This document shows, in pieces, positions 50,504-60,999 of a DNA stretch of 64,000 bases (its first letter is position 1; every line of letters begins with the position of its first letter). The position numbers were made by a program, and so were the translations under genes. This stretch comes from Rhizodiscina lignyota (Eukaryota): positions 186,001 through 250,000 of the forward strand of contig ML978138.1 of the NCBI GenBank assembly GCA_010015805.1. The letters run 5' to 3'. The notes under the pieces are model-generated. The model did no database searches, had not been told where the DNA came from, and was given only the letters and a program-made list of their open reading frames with translations.

Positions 50504-51006
50504 GGCCTCCAACTCTATCTCTCTCTGCGATGAAGGAGCCGTGTTGAAGTGCTCAAGCTTGCAGGCATCACTTTAGCATCGGAGTTGAGTTCAGCAATTG
50601 CGACAGTCGCGTGCATCTGTCGTGGATTGAGGTTAAGAGTTGGTTCGGCTCGCTCCGAAATTCGGCTTACGACATCGTACTCTCCTCAATCAACCACTAC
50701 ATCTAGACTAACTGAATTCTACTTCTTAATCAACCCCTTTTTAGAGAATCATCAGCGGTCCCTAACATCTTATGGTCGGTCTTGCGGTCGTTGATGAGGG
50801 TCTGATTATACTTCTATCACGGTATCTCATCTGCGAGATATGTAATGTGGTGCCAGAGATGCGCCATAATCAATCCAATCACCGCTTAGCTCTCGATGAA
50901 TTTCATTCAGATCCACATTGCTGCCTCATTTCAATGAAGTAACCAATTACTTTCGAGAAATTTACAAGGCAAACGATAACAGCAGCTCCTGTCTCATGTC
51001 GGGGAG

Positions 51007-52659
51007 ATGAGGCTCCTAAACGTGCTGACCTTCAAACTTGAAGAGTTCATAGGGGATCAAATACCGCCGTACGCTATCCTTTCACACACCTGGGAGACCG
51101 AGGAGCCGACCATCGAAGATGTCCAGGACCTCAATGAGGTGAGGTTAACAGCTCTCACCAAGATTCAATACTGCTTCAAACAAGCTCGCCTTGATAGAAT
51201 TGATTATGTATGGCTAGATACATGCTGTATTGACAAGCGAAGTAGCGCCGAGTTGACTGAAGCTATCAACTCCATGTATTCGTGGTATGAGAGCGCGAAT
51301 GTCTGCTACGCGTTCTTGCCCGACGTCCAAGTCCCAGAGGATCACCTTCCACCAGGAGATGATACCCCGGAGTCATTCCCAACCAATCTGGCTTTGGAAT
51401 TGAGACTTTCACAAAGCAGGTGGTTTACGAGAGGTTGGACACTGCAGGAGCTTCTTGCTCCAAAACACATCAAATTTTTTGGGCACAACTGGACATATTT
51501 TGGCATGAAGACTGCCCTTGTATCAACTCTCAGCAGAACCTCTGGCATCGATATGAGTGTGCTGAAAGGCAATGCTCCACTTTATGGAATTTGCGCCGCT
51601 AGAAAGATGTCTTGGGCAGCCAAGAGGCAAACGACCAGGATTGAAGATGAGGCTTATTGTCTACTGGGGATATTTGCTGTGAATATGCCAATGTTGTATG
51701 GTGAAGGTCGCCGGGCCTTCCTCAGACTCCAAGAACATATTCTGGCGAACTCCGTCGATCAATCTCTCCTTGCTTGGACTTTCAACAGCGATGATCGTCG
51801 AGAGAGTCTCCTGGCTACTCGCCCATCGTCTTTCTCTGCTGGCAGCAGAACAGTCTGCTTCCTGTTCGAAGACGGAGCATATGTTCAACCCTTTGCGATG
51901 ACGAACTTGGGCCTAAATATGACCGTTCCGGTTCTCAGACGGAAGACAACAGATAGAGACATCGAAGAGACCTTTGCTGTTCTCAACTGTCATGATGAAG
52001 ATGATCTCCGAGGTCCGCTTGCGCTGCAAATCGACAAACTGAACTTTATTGCTAGTACTCCGCTGTACGTGGTTCAGAATCATCGAACAATTGTCGACTT
52101 CGATGAAGCCAAAGCAGCGAATAAGGAGTCTATCACCCTGATGCGCACCGCAAGAAGTTTGTCCTTTATTAAAACCGTCTCGTCAGGACCGGAAAAATGT
52201 AAAGTTCGATGGGAATCAGCATTCCACTTGGGACCATTCCGAATCCACGACGCATTCCCACCTGCATCCTGGAACATATCCAACGGTACGATGTGGACAC
52301 AGAGCCAGGATGCCATGGTCGGCGCAGTTCATCTGAAGCAAGAGCAGAAGCGAACTTCGAAGGGAAAAGAGGTACAACAAATAGAATTCCGGGTGCTCTT
52401 CAGAAGCAGTCTTGAGGGATACTGGGTCCGACTCACCAAATACGTGCCGTCACTGTCGCTGGAAGATGCTTGGTATGAGGCCGCATCGAGGACCCGTTTT
52501 CTTGCACCGACGAGCTCGCTACTACTGGACGGCCATGCTTGTCGCATCACCGCTGTGATGAAGAACAAAATGGTCATGCAGGAAAAGATCATGGCTATTG
52601 ATGTCACCATTACTGACAACAACCCTCAGCACATAGGTGCAATGCATCGCCGGCCCTGA
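51007..52659 (+). CDS. HET-domain protein (HET-E N-terminal type) with unknown C-terminal domain
   Basis: MRLLN..PPYAILSHTW..YVWLDTCCIDK.SSAELTEAINSMY.WY..CYAFL.DV..SRWFTRGWTLQEL..RIEDEAYCLLGIF.VNMPMLYGEG..AF.RLQ. No NACHT/NB-ARC or repeat domain. Confidence 0.93.
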   Translation: MRLLNVLTFKLEEFIGDQIPPYAILSHTWETEEPTIEDVQDLNEVRLTALTKIQYCFKQARLDRIDYVWLDTCCIDKRSSAELTEAINSMYSWYESANVCYAFLPDVQVPEDHLPPGDDTPESFPTNLALELRLSQSRWFTRGWTLQELLAPKHIKFFGHNWTYFGMKTALVSTLSRTSGIDMSVLKGNAPLYGICAARKMSWAAKRQTTRIEDEAYCLLGIFAVNMPMLYGEGRRAFLRLQEHILANSVDQSLLAWTFNSDDRRESLLATRPSSFSAGSRTVCFLFEDGAYVQPFAMTNLGLNMTVPVLRRKTTDRDIEETFAVLNCHDEDDLRGPLALQIDKLNFIASTPLYVVQNHRTIVDFDEAKAANKESITLMRTARSLSFIKTVSSGPEKCKVRWESAFHLGPFRIHDAFPPASWNISNGTMWTQSQDAMVGAVHLKQEQKRTSKGKEVQQIEFRVLFRSSLEGYWVRLTKYVPSLSLEDAWYEAASRTRFLAPTSSLLLDGHACRITAVMKNKMVMQEKIMAIDVTITDNNPQHIGAMHRRP

Positions 52660-52874
52660 CCCAGAGCTGATTTGTTGTCCGCCGATAGGATAATGAACGC
52701 TTTCTATATGAGCATTATATCCTTCGGGATACGGAAATCATTTTTAATCCTCGCCACGAAATTATCGTTTAGAATTTGTCATTGTCGCAGCAAAAGTCCA
52801 CTGAAGTGTAGCGGTTAGTGAGCCGAGTGGGAGCTGAGTCGAGGATCACGTCTCTTATTTCAACCCTCAAATTT

Positions 52875-53645
52875 CTACTTTATCGACTCCATCGATCCAC
52901 TCTTTCCGACTTTCGATATCACCGTGTGCTCTACCAAGTCGATCACGACCTTCCATTTATCGGTGGCTGTTGAGAAATTTCCCGACATGAGCAGCTTGAT
53001 GTCCCTGCCTTTGCTTTTCGCATTCGCTACCTGCAGTCTCAACTGGTCCAATTTACAGCTCACCGTGAGCTTGCTATGGGTCAGGCTCTTCCTCCACCGA
53101 ACTATGGAAACTGTGTTTACCCCGCTATTGGAGCCTGTAAGCACCGGAACTGGCTCTGAATAAAAGATCTTTTCGAGTATGTCCTGGTCCGAAGGTCGAG
53201 CAGCGAGAATGTTGGTGTGCACAGCGTGGTAACAGATCCTGACTTCATTTAAACGTGGCATCTCATTCAGAGCTCTGATAGTCTGGACATGGGCTTCGTG
53301 ACATGTGATCGTCTCGATGAAAGGCAGAATCGGCAACGGGATTGATTGCGTCAGCATCGGAAAGCGAAAGCTGCGAAAGTTGGGGATCTCCTTGTCGATT
53401 TCATGCTCGATTTCGAATGCGATTTGGGGATCCGAGAGAAGTAGCGGATTTATCTTCTGCCAATCGTCGGTGACTTTCCATCCCTTGCGGCAAGAGCTGA
53501 TGTGGTAGGCCGGATGACAGGTTTTGAAGAGTTCGGCATATATGATGAATCGCAATTCCAGAGGGAGCCTCCGAAACCTTGATATTCCTCCCATAATCCG
53601 GAATGGAGTGACTTGCGATGCACCCTCAAATTCGTGGGATGACAT
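52875..53645 (-). CDS. Hypothetical protein with F-box-like N-terminal motif
   Basis: 256-aa ATG-initiated ORF; SRFRRLPLELRFIIYAELF matches the fungal F-box-like 'F..LP.E.R..IY' motif. Confidence 0.65.
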   Translation of the reverse strand: MSSHEFEGASQVTPFRIMGGISRFRRLPLELRFIIYAELFKTCHPAYHISSCRKGWKVTDDWQKINPLLLSDPQIAFEIEHEIDKEIPNFRSFRFPMLTQSIPLPILPFIETITCHEAHVQTIRALNEMPRLNEVRICYHAVHTNILAARPSDQDILEKIFYSEPVPVLTGSNSGVNTVSIVRWRKSLTHSKLTVSCKLDQLRLQVANAKSKGRDIKLLMSGNFSTATDKWKVVIDLVEHTVISKVGKSGSMESIK

Positions 53646-54542
53646 GGTGGTCTTGACTCTTGTTTGAGATGAAGGCTATTCAAGAACTCCAAATTGGTGA
53701 AGACGGGATTTTGATGTTTTTGGATGCAGATGGAGCAGAGATGCCTTGAACAAGTGGATAAAGATATGTATATATAGAAATGAGCAAAAATAATTGATGC
53801 TGTTGATGGTGGATCCAAACCTCATTTCAACGGTGAATTGATCAAATCACACTCCTACTCTGAGGCCACTCCATCATCAACAGAATTGTCAGCATCGTTA
53901 CAATTCCAACGGGAATCTCCAGATGCCATCTGTTTGGTTCTAAACGTGCTCTAAAATATCATCTTTATTTTTGTGAACCAGTTTTCGAATGCAAATGCAC
54001 TATTCGCCGGTATCTTCGATCCCGTTCATCCAAATGCGCGATAGTCCACGGGAGCTGCAAAGCGGCTTTAGTCCCTTTAGCGAGCACCATTATGTTCAAC
54101 TTATCAGTACCCACATCGCAGTTCGAAAAAAAATCGAAGTTTAAAGTGCGAATGGTTGTTGGGGGAATATGCTAATCTGTACTCGAATGGCCGAACATTC
54201 GCTCGCGATTTGCAGTTCATTGTCTTAACACAACCTGCTACTCCACGCTGCAAGGGGATACATCAAAAGCCTTGAGGCTTAGTCAATAAGGCATTTCTCG
54301 TCGAAAGGGTGGGCTAAAGGGAATTAAAGATTGCCAAGAGCACCTTGACAAGAATCGTGACGTACGATACGCGCTATCTCTTCCACGTGCTCTCCAATTC
54401 TTCTTCCCTTTTCCGCACCACCCTGGACCCCGAAGTTGATCAGAATTGAGGTTTTTCCATGACAACATGGCTTCGATAGATTCGACATTCCCGCATAAGA
54501 TATCCTGAGGGGACGAAGTTATCGCTTTAAGGGTTCATCGAT

Positions 54543-57084
54543 ATGCTGGGAAGCCTTGATACAAACCAAATCAGAAATTGGCGGTCGATCGTCACTCTGA
54601 TCGTCTTCATCTTCACCAGTGAGTCGAGGGTGAACCTGTCCAGCTGGCTGCTACTCAATTGACTCTTTTGACGTCATATAGATATTATAGTACTCTTTCC
54701 TTTTCACATACCGATATATATTCCTCGACCACTTTGGAACGGTTTCCTCGACTTTCTGAGCGCCTTGCGAGTGATCCCGAAGAGGAAAACTCGCTCGAAT
54801 TCCAAAAGGAAACGGCCTCCGGACTCTTCCCAAGGCGCGGAGGATCCAGATCGTGATCATGATCAGAATGGCAAAGTCAAGCCTTTCGTACGGCTGAATT
54901 TGCCCATGAACTTCGTAACAGCACCACTAATAGCGGATCTCTTCCTGCTTGCGATCTTGGCCATTGGAAGACAAGAGGTACATGACGGGACTATCGGAGC
55001 AAATAACATCTCGCCAATTGACATTATGGTGTTTTTCATCTCACTTGCATATATCGCCATCTCAATCGACGCTTCTGGCCTAATCAGGTGGTTGGCGTTT
55101 AAAGTGCTTCAAAAGGCGGGCGAAAGAGGAGACCGGCTTTTCCTCTACCTCTACGTCTTCTTCTTTAGTCTGGGCAGCTTTATCGGAAACGACCCGATTA
55201 TTTTGACTGGCACGCCATTCCTTGCATATATGACGAGGGTATCCAGCAACATCCGTCAACCGAGAGCCTGGATTTACTCACAATTCGCCATAGCGAATAT
55301 TGCCTCGGCTATCCTCGTATCTTCCAATCCAACAAACCTCGTGCTAGCAAGCGCTTTTGATATCAAATTCCTTCACTACACTGCCAACATAATCGTCCCG
55401 GTCGTCGTCACGGCCATCTTGCTATTCCCGTTCTTGCTTTATGTCGTCTTCAGAGACCGTAGGCTCATCCCACACAAGATCATCATGCATGAACTGCCCG
55501 AAGAAGCAAAGCAAAGGATGCCGGTGAACCCCAACATTCCTCATGCTAGAGGTAACGCTGCAGAAGAAGAGAAGGAAGCCGCGGACGACCAAGGAGGCAT
55601 GCTTCCTTCGCTAGAAGAGATTCTAAATCCTTTCTTAGACAAAGGAGGCGCGGGGTTTGGTGCTGTGATCATGGCTGCCACGCTTATCACTGTCCTAGCC
55701 ATCAACGCTGCCAGTCAGAGTGGTCACGAACACCCCGTCTTTTGGGTGACTTTGCCGGCTGCATTTGTGATGTTCTGCTGGGATGTCACCTTCGGATGGC
55801 TTCACCGGAAGCAGACGCGCGATATCTCCCGAATGGGCCGAGAAGAGATCGAGCGTGCTCGCACCGAACGAGCAAACAGAGATATGGGAAATTTGGAACA
55901 AGTGGCCGTAGATCAAAGAGATCAAGGTACTATGTCAGTGGGACTACATGCCCTGACAGAAGTACATTCCTCAAAAATTCACTTGCAGGACCAGAGGGGG
56001 GCTGATGGTGATGGGAAGAGTTCAGATGTTTTCGAGGAAAGCGCAGTCGATGATATCGCTCAAGTTTCAAACGTCACCAGTGCGAAACGACAAGACGTTC
56101 CGCTTCCTGCGGCTTCCAGACCTATAAATTCTGATAGCGACGATACTACAACACTTGTTTCAAGCCATATGCCTCAACCTCCGGCTATGATGCTCACACC
56201 TCCGGTCGATCAGTCAAACGAAAATTCCCGGCCATCGACGAGCGGTAGGACGGTAGACGAGAAACAGGAAATCGCTTGTGCAAACTTGGAACACTCGCCG
56301 GAAGCGCTGTTAGGCACGTCAATGAGCGGAGAGGCTGACCGGCAAAAACGCATATCTTCCAAGCAAGTATTAGATCTCGAGAAACAGAGCCCAAGAAGAG
56401 AGGTAGATGCTGAAAAGCAGAATGGAGAGCCAACAACGCTCGTCTCACTGATGGTAGAGTGGTGGAGCTGGTCGCGGGAGACTTTCCCTACCGTTACAAC
56501 GGTATTTGCACATCTTCCCTTCGCGCTCGTGCCATTTGCCATTTGCATGTTCGTTCTTGTGCAAGCTCTTGTCACCAAAGGCTGGGTGCCAGTGTTCGCA
56601 TACGGCTGGGACCATTGGGTGAATAAGACAGGCACCGTCGGCGCGATCGGTGGCATGGCTTTCCTCTCCGTGATCCTTTGCAACGTAAGTTCTTCTTTTT
56701 CACGCATGATCAAGAGAGTCGCTGAATATCCTCCAGTTTGCAGGAACAAACATCGGTACCACCATTCTTCTCTCCCGCGTCATCCAGGCATGGCAAGACA
56801 TTCACCATGCCGGCGGAACCCCGATCAGCAATCGAATGTTTTGGGCGACAGTGTACAGTATGGCGCTCGGCGTTAATTACGGCGCATTTAGCACTGCCTT
56901 TAGCGCGGCGCTTGCTGGCCTGTTGTGGAGGGACATCCTCCACAGGAAACATATTCGCGTCGGAAATCTCGAGTTTGCGCGCGTGAATCTCCCCATCATC
57001 GCTTTCGCCATGATTGTCGGGTGTGCTGTCCTGATTGGTGAAATATACATTATGAGAGACAACTCTCCCTATAACTCGAGATGA
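54543..57084 (+). CDS. ArsB/NhaD/CitMHS (ion transporter superfamily) membrane protein with long hydrophilic insertion
   Basis: Introns 54619-54681 and 56685-56736. Multiple TM segments, GNDPIILTGTPF, SSNPTNLV, and C-terminal ALGVNYGAF...LAGLLWRDIL. Confidence 0.85.
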
Positions 57085-57331
57085 AAAGCGTATGATTGAG
57101 GTAATAATGGGAATATTCATAGACCTTATGAGACCTCACGATAGACAAGACTACTTTAGAACGGTCTTTTAGAAGTATTAGAATTTTTAGAGTACCAGCT
57201 GGTGTAAGAATATAGACTCGCTAGTAAGCTGCGAAACGAATCGCAGATGCCTGACACGTTATGCACGTATTTCTAATCGGTTGTCGTGAAATCTACAGCG
57301 CGAGCGCGAGAGTCCCGTGCTTCATCTGCAC

Positions 57332-59376
57332 TTAGGACCAAGAGCCCCGAGCGACAAACGGTAGGCCCAAACCACTCATGAATCTCGCTTCATCCGCCTG
57401 CCACTGCAAAGCCTCCCGCATCTTCTGCCCATACTGCTTCTCTTCTCCCTTCCTCTCAGCTTCTTCTACACTCTGTTCTGCACGCTCTATCCAAGCGTCT
57501 TCACGCCAACCAGAATGCTTCCCAAATCCAACCATTCCCAACCTGCCATCGCCAGTCCAGACAACCAAACTGTCCTCGTGCAGCCGCGGGGTATATTCAT
57601 TCGACGCGAGAGTCGAACGATGCAAAGTCGGAATGATCTTCTGCACAATATCACCGCTGTTATCCACGCCAGTGGCAAACACACTCGGCTCGGGATCTGC
57701 CTCATGGCCTTGGTCGATGAAACCTCTCGCGTCTGCGTCGGGATCGATACTGAACTCCCTGATCGGTGTAAAGCCATCACGCTCAACCCACTTCAACTTC
57801 GCATCGCCGTCAGAATAGACCAGCTTCAGCCCATGCGCGGCGACTGACAAGAGCTTCGAGCTGCTTGCCGTCTGCCGGTTTTGTGCACAATTGCCCCCAC
57901 CACCTCCACCCGTCATGCTGAATCGGCCTCTGCCAAGGCCGGAGAATGAGTCTGTTGACAGCGTGGTGTATTCTGGCTCAGGGGAGAGACCGTAGAGTTC
58001 CAGTGAGCCCTTCCCTTTGTATTCGCCGGCGGCGATGATGGTTGTGCCTAGGATGCTCTTTGCATCGGTAACTTGTGTCACTGAGAGCTGGTTGGATTGC
58101 ATGAGATTCCTTTCGCGAGGGATAAACGGGAATGGCAATGATGTTAAGGATGAGATGCGTGCGCCGGAGTGCACCGTGCCACGGAGGCGAGGGAAGAAGC
58201 GCCGGTCATAGTTGAGAAGATGTGTGAAGCGTCCAGCGACCCAGATGTCCCCGTTTCCATCCCAAGCGCGATCCTCTGGGAGATGCAGGATGGACAGTGG
58301 TCCAGGCTGCGACAGCACTGCATATTGTGGAGGTGGTGCATTGATAAGATGAGAGATGTCGTGTCGTCTTTCCAATTGAGGCCCGCCAACGTGATCGATT
58401 TGAGGAGAAGGATCTAGGGAATCGCGCGTTCTATCGCGAGGATCCAGGAGGTGTAAATGATAGGTCGTGCCAACCGTGAGTGGAGTTGGATGAGCAGCCT
58501 CCGAGATGGCATTAACAGGCCATACGAAATTGTCTCTAGATATGATCTGCAATGTGCTCAGATCTACTTGAACAAGGCCATTCTCAACCGCGAAGAAACC
58601 TCGTTGTTGGCGGCTGTCGATACTGACGCACTCGACAACACCCGTCTCTCTCACGATTGAGCCGCCGGTACGCCGCGAAGAGAGGAAACCACGAGGGCTC
58701 CGGGCAACTAGACGACCTTGGGTTGAATCCTCTGGTCGGCTCTGAGAGTGAGTAGAGTCCCAGATGGCGATACTTCCGTCTTCAAGCGGGGCGAAGAGCC
58801 TTTGCGCTCGACCATCCGAGTCGTAGAGAATGCCTGCGCCAGAAGCTTCTGGGAGCTCTTCACGGCCATCAGCCCGTCCGCCATGGGTTTCGAACCAAGA
58901 AACTTTGATTGGCGCATGCCTGTGAATGTACTCTTGGTAGAAGTTCACCTTCACCTTCTCGGTTGGATACGCCGGATCCCAGTTAGCTAGAGCCCGTGAT
59001 TGTTCTTGACTTGCGAGTCTATGTGCTTGCATCTCTGCATTTGGCGCATTCGGATTGCTGACTACAGGGCTTGAAGGCAGGCCGGAAACACCTGACACGG
59101 CGCGAGCCAGAGCGGCAAGGTTGTCGGGTTGTTGTGAAAGGAGCTGTTCTCGTCGACGTCGGGTTGCTGCTCTGGAGTCTTGGTAACATCTCGCACGCCA
59201 GCAGTTGTAGTCTTGTGTGAGAAATACAAACCGTCGAGCAATTAGAGAAATCCTGATGACGTCGAGTGGCTCAAGGTCTAGTTAAAGTCAGAATGAAATA
59301 CCACAGTGGAGGAGTGTGGAAGCTTACAGGTGGCTATCTGGAGTAATAACTCATTGGGCAAAGCGGGCAAAGCCAT
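57332..59376 (-). CDS. F-box protein with probable beta-propeller (WD-like) C-terminal region
   Basis: True start MALPALPNELLLQIAT|YLEPLDVIRISLIARRF..CW is an F-box spliced over intron 59327-59278 into ORF 57332-59098. The remainder is beta-rich (APLEDGSIAIWD, VVWTGDGRLG). Confidence 0.85.
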
Positions 59377-59813
59377 GGTAGTTAATAGTTGCTCTCAGGG
59401 TCTTAGGAACGAGGTTGTAGAAGCTATGAGAGTGGAAAAGCAAGTGAAAGTACACGACAACAATGACCGAGATACCGAGTCTTGGCAAGGCGGAGATAGT
59501 CACTTGTCGTCCAGGGCGCGGCTGTTGACCCAGTCGCATAGGCGGAGTATAACATGATAGGAAACAATCATGAACAAGTAGCACTATATGAATTTACATA
59601 TTTACATAGCCAGTGAAGGCTGCTGTGCTCGTTGCTGTTTTCAAAGGGAGCTTGATGTTGGTACAGCATCCGGCATTTCCCGCTCTCCCGAAAATCTGTC
59701 CATCCCTCGTCGAGCTTGGGAAAAGCTCAGAGCTATCCCAACCTCTCTCCATTGCACCACCGCAACACTCCCAATCTCCCTCTTGCGTGAGGTCTCACCT
59801 CCTTCAGGCCTCA

Positions 59814-60582
59814 ATGTCGCTTTCTCAGTCGCGCGCCGTGCTGCGGCGCCCCCAATTCCTTTTCCGGCAGCGCTTTCTCGCCCCGGTGCGGAATGCGTCG
59901 ACCACCGAAGTAGCGAAAGAGAAGGCCGGTGAGGCTACATCGAAGGCCTCAGAAGGCCTCTCGCGCGTCTCTTCCTCGGCGAACTCGGTAGCAAGCAGAG
60001 CTGGTGGTGTGGTGAGTGGGCTTGGTGGTGGCATAGGGAGGACCATTGGGTTTGTCCAGTGTATGTTTTCCTGTGGACCTCCATTATGATATAGGCTTGG
60101 AAAACAGAAAGTATGATATGCATATTGCAAAGCGCGCTAATTTTCAATGCCTCTGCAGCTCTTATCCCGCCGACGATTTACTACTCGAGGGTTGGCTTGG
60201 AGCTTGGCAAGATGATCTTCGAAACTCGCAAGATGTCTCTTCCGTAAGACTCCCATCTACATAATTATCATCGGATAGCGTCAAATTGACTAAGACTAAC
60301 CATATGTTTAACAGCTCTGGCGCACAATTCCAACAATACTTCAACTCGGCCCTAAACATGCTCCGCAACCCCAGCTCCATCGCGTCCGCGGCTTCCTCCA
60401 GAGCCGGATCAATACAACCATCAAGCGTCCTCCAAAGAGTCCGAAATTTCAGCACTGCCGACCTTCAAGGAGCTGGTATTGTTGCTGCAGAAGTCATCGG
60501 CTTCTTCACAATCGGTGAGATGCTTGGGAGGCTTAAGATCGTGGGATACAGATCGACTGGAGAGCATGCGGAGCACCACTAG
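59814..60582 (+). CDS. ATP20: Mitochondrial ATP synthase subunit g
   Basis: Presequence MSLSQSRAVLRRPQFLFRQR..RNAST. Introns 60061-60158 and 60244-60314. IYYSRVGLELGK and AEVIGFFTIGEMLGRLKIVGY (GxxxG, subunit g signature). Confidence 0.95.
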
Positions 60583-60863
60583 AGTACATATAAGGTTACT
60601 CAGCCCGGTAGAGAGGAGATGAGACAGTTTTCCATTGGCCTCGGATGTTAATATAGTTGCGAGGCCCGTCTTTGTGTGTGCTTGGGCCGAGAGGGAGCAG
60701 TTATGCTGTGCAATTGGGCGAACAAAAGTCTACTTGTGACTCTGTACTATTTCCCTTTCCTTTATCAGCGCTAGATTCCAATAACTTTGTATATCATGCA
60801 ACAATTTGACTGCGCTCGCGAACTGAAAGCTTCTCCGAAAACATAATGGCTCCGGGCGGCTTG

Positions 60864-60871
60864 CACGTGAC
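60864..60871. promoter_or_regulatory. CACGTGAC (Cbf1-type E-box) upstream of ROK1
   Basis: Exact reverse complement of GTCACGTG, ~130 bp before ATG 61000. Function is inferred only. Confidence 0.35.
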
Positions 60872-60999
60872 GTAGTTTCTCCACCAAAAAGTTTCGCGCA
60901 TCCATCACGAGCGCACAAAATACACCAGAAAACGTCGCAATCAATCCGATCCCTAATTATGAGACATACGAAGACAAATACAAGGTGATATTTCCAATA

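Noticed and set aside
59613..59813. GTG-started N-terminal extension of ATP20
   Set aside because: The presequence begins at ATG 59814; upstream is the shared promoter with the divergent F-box gene.
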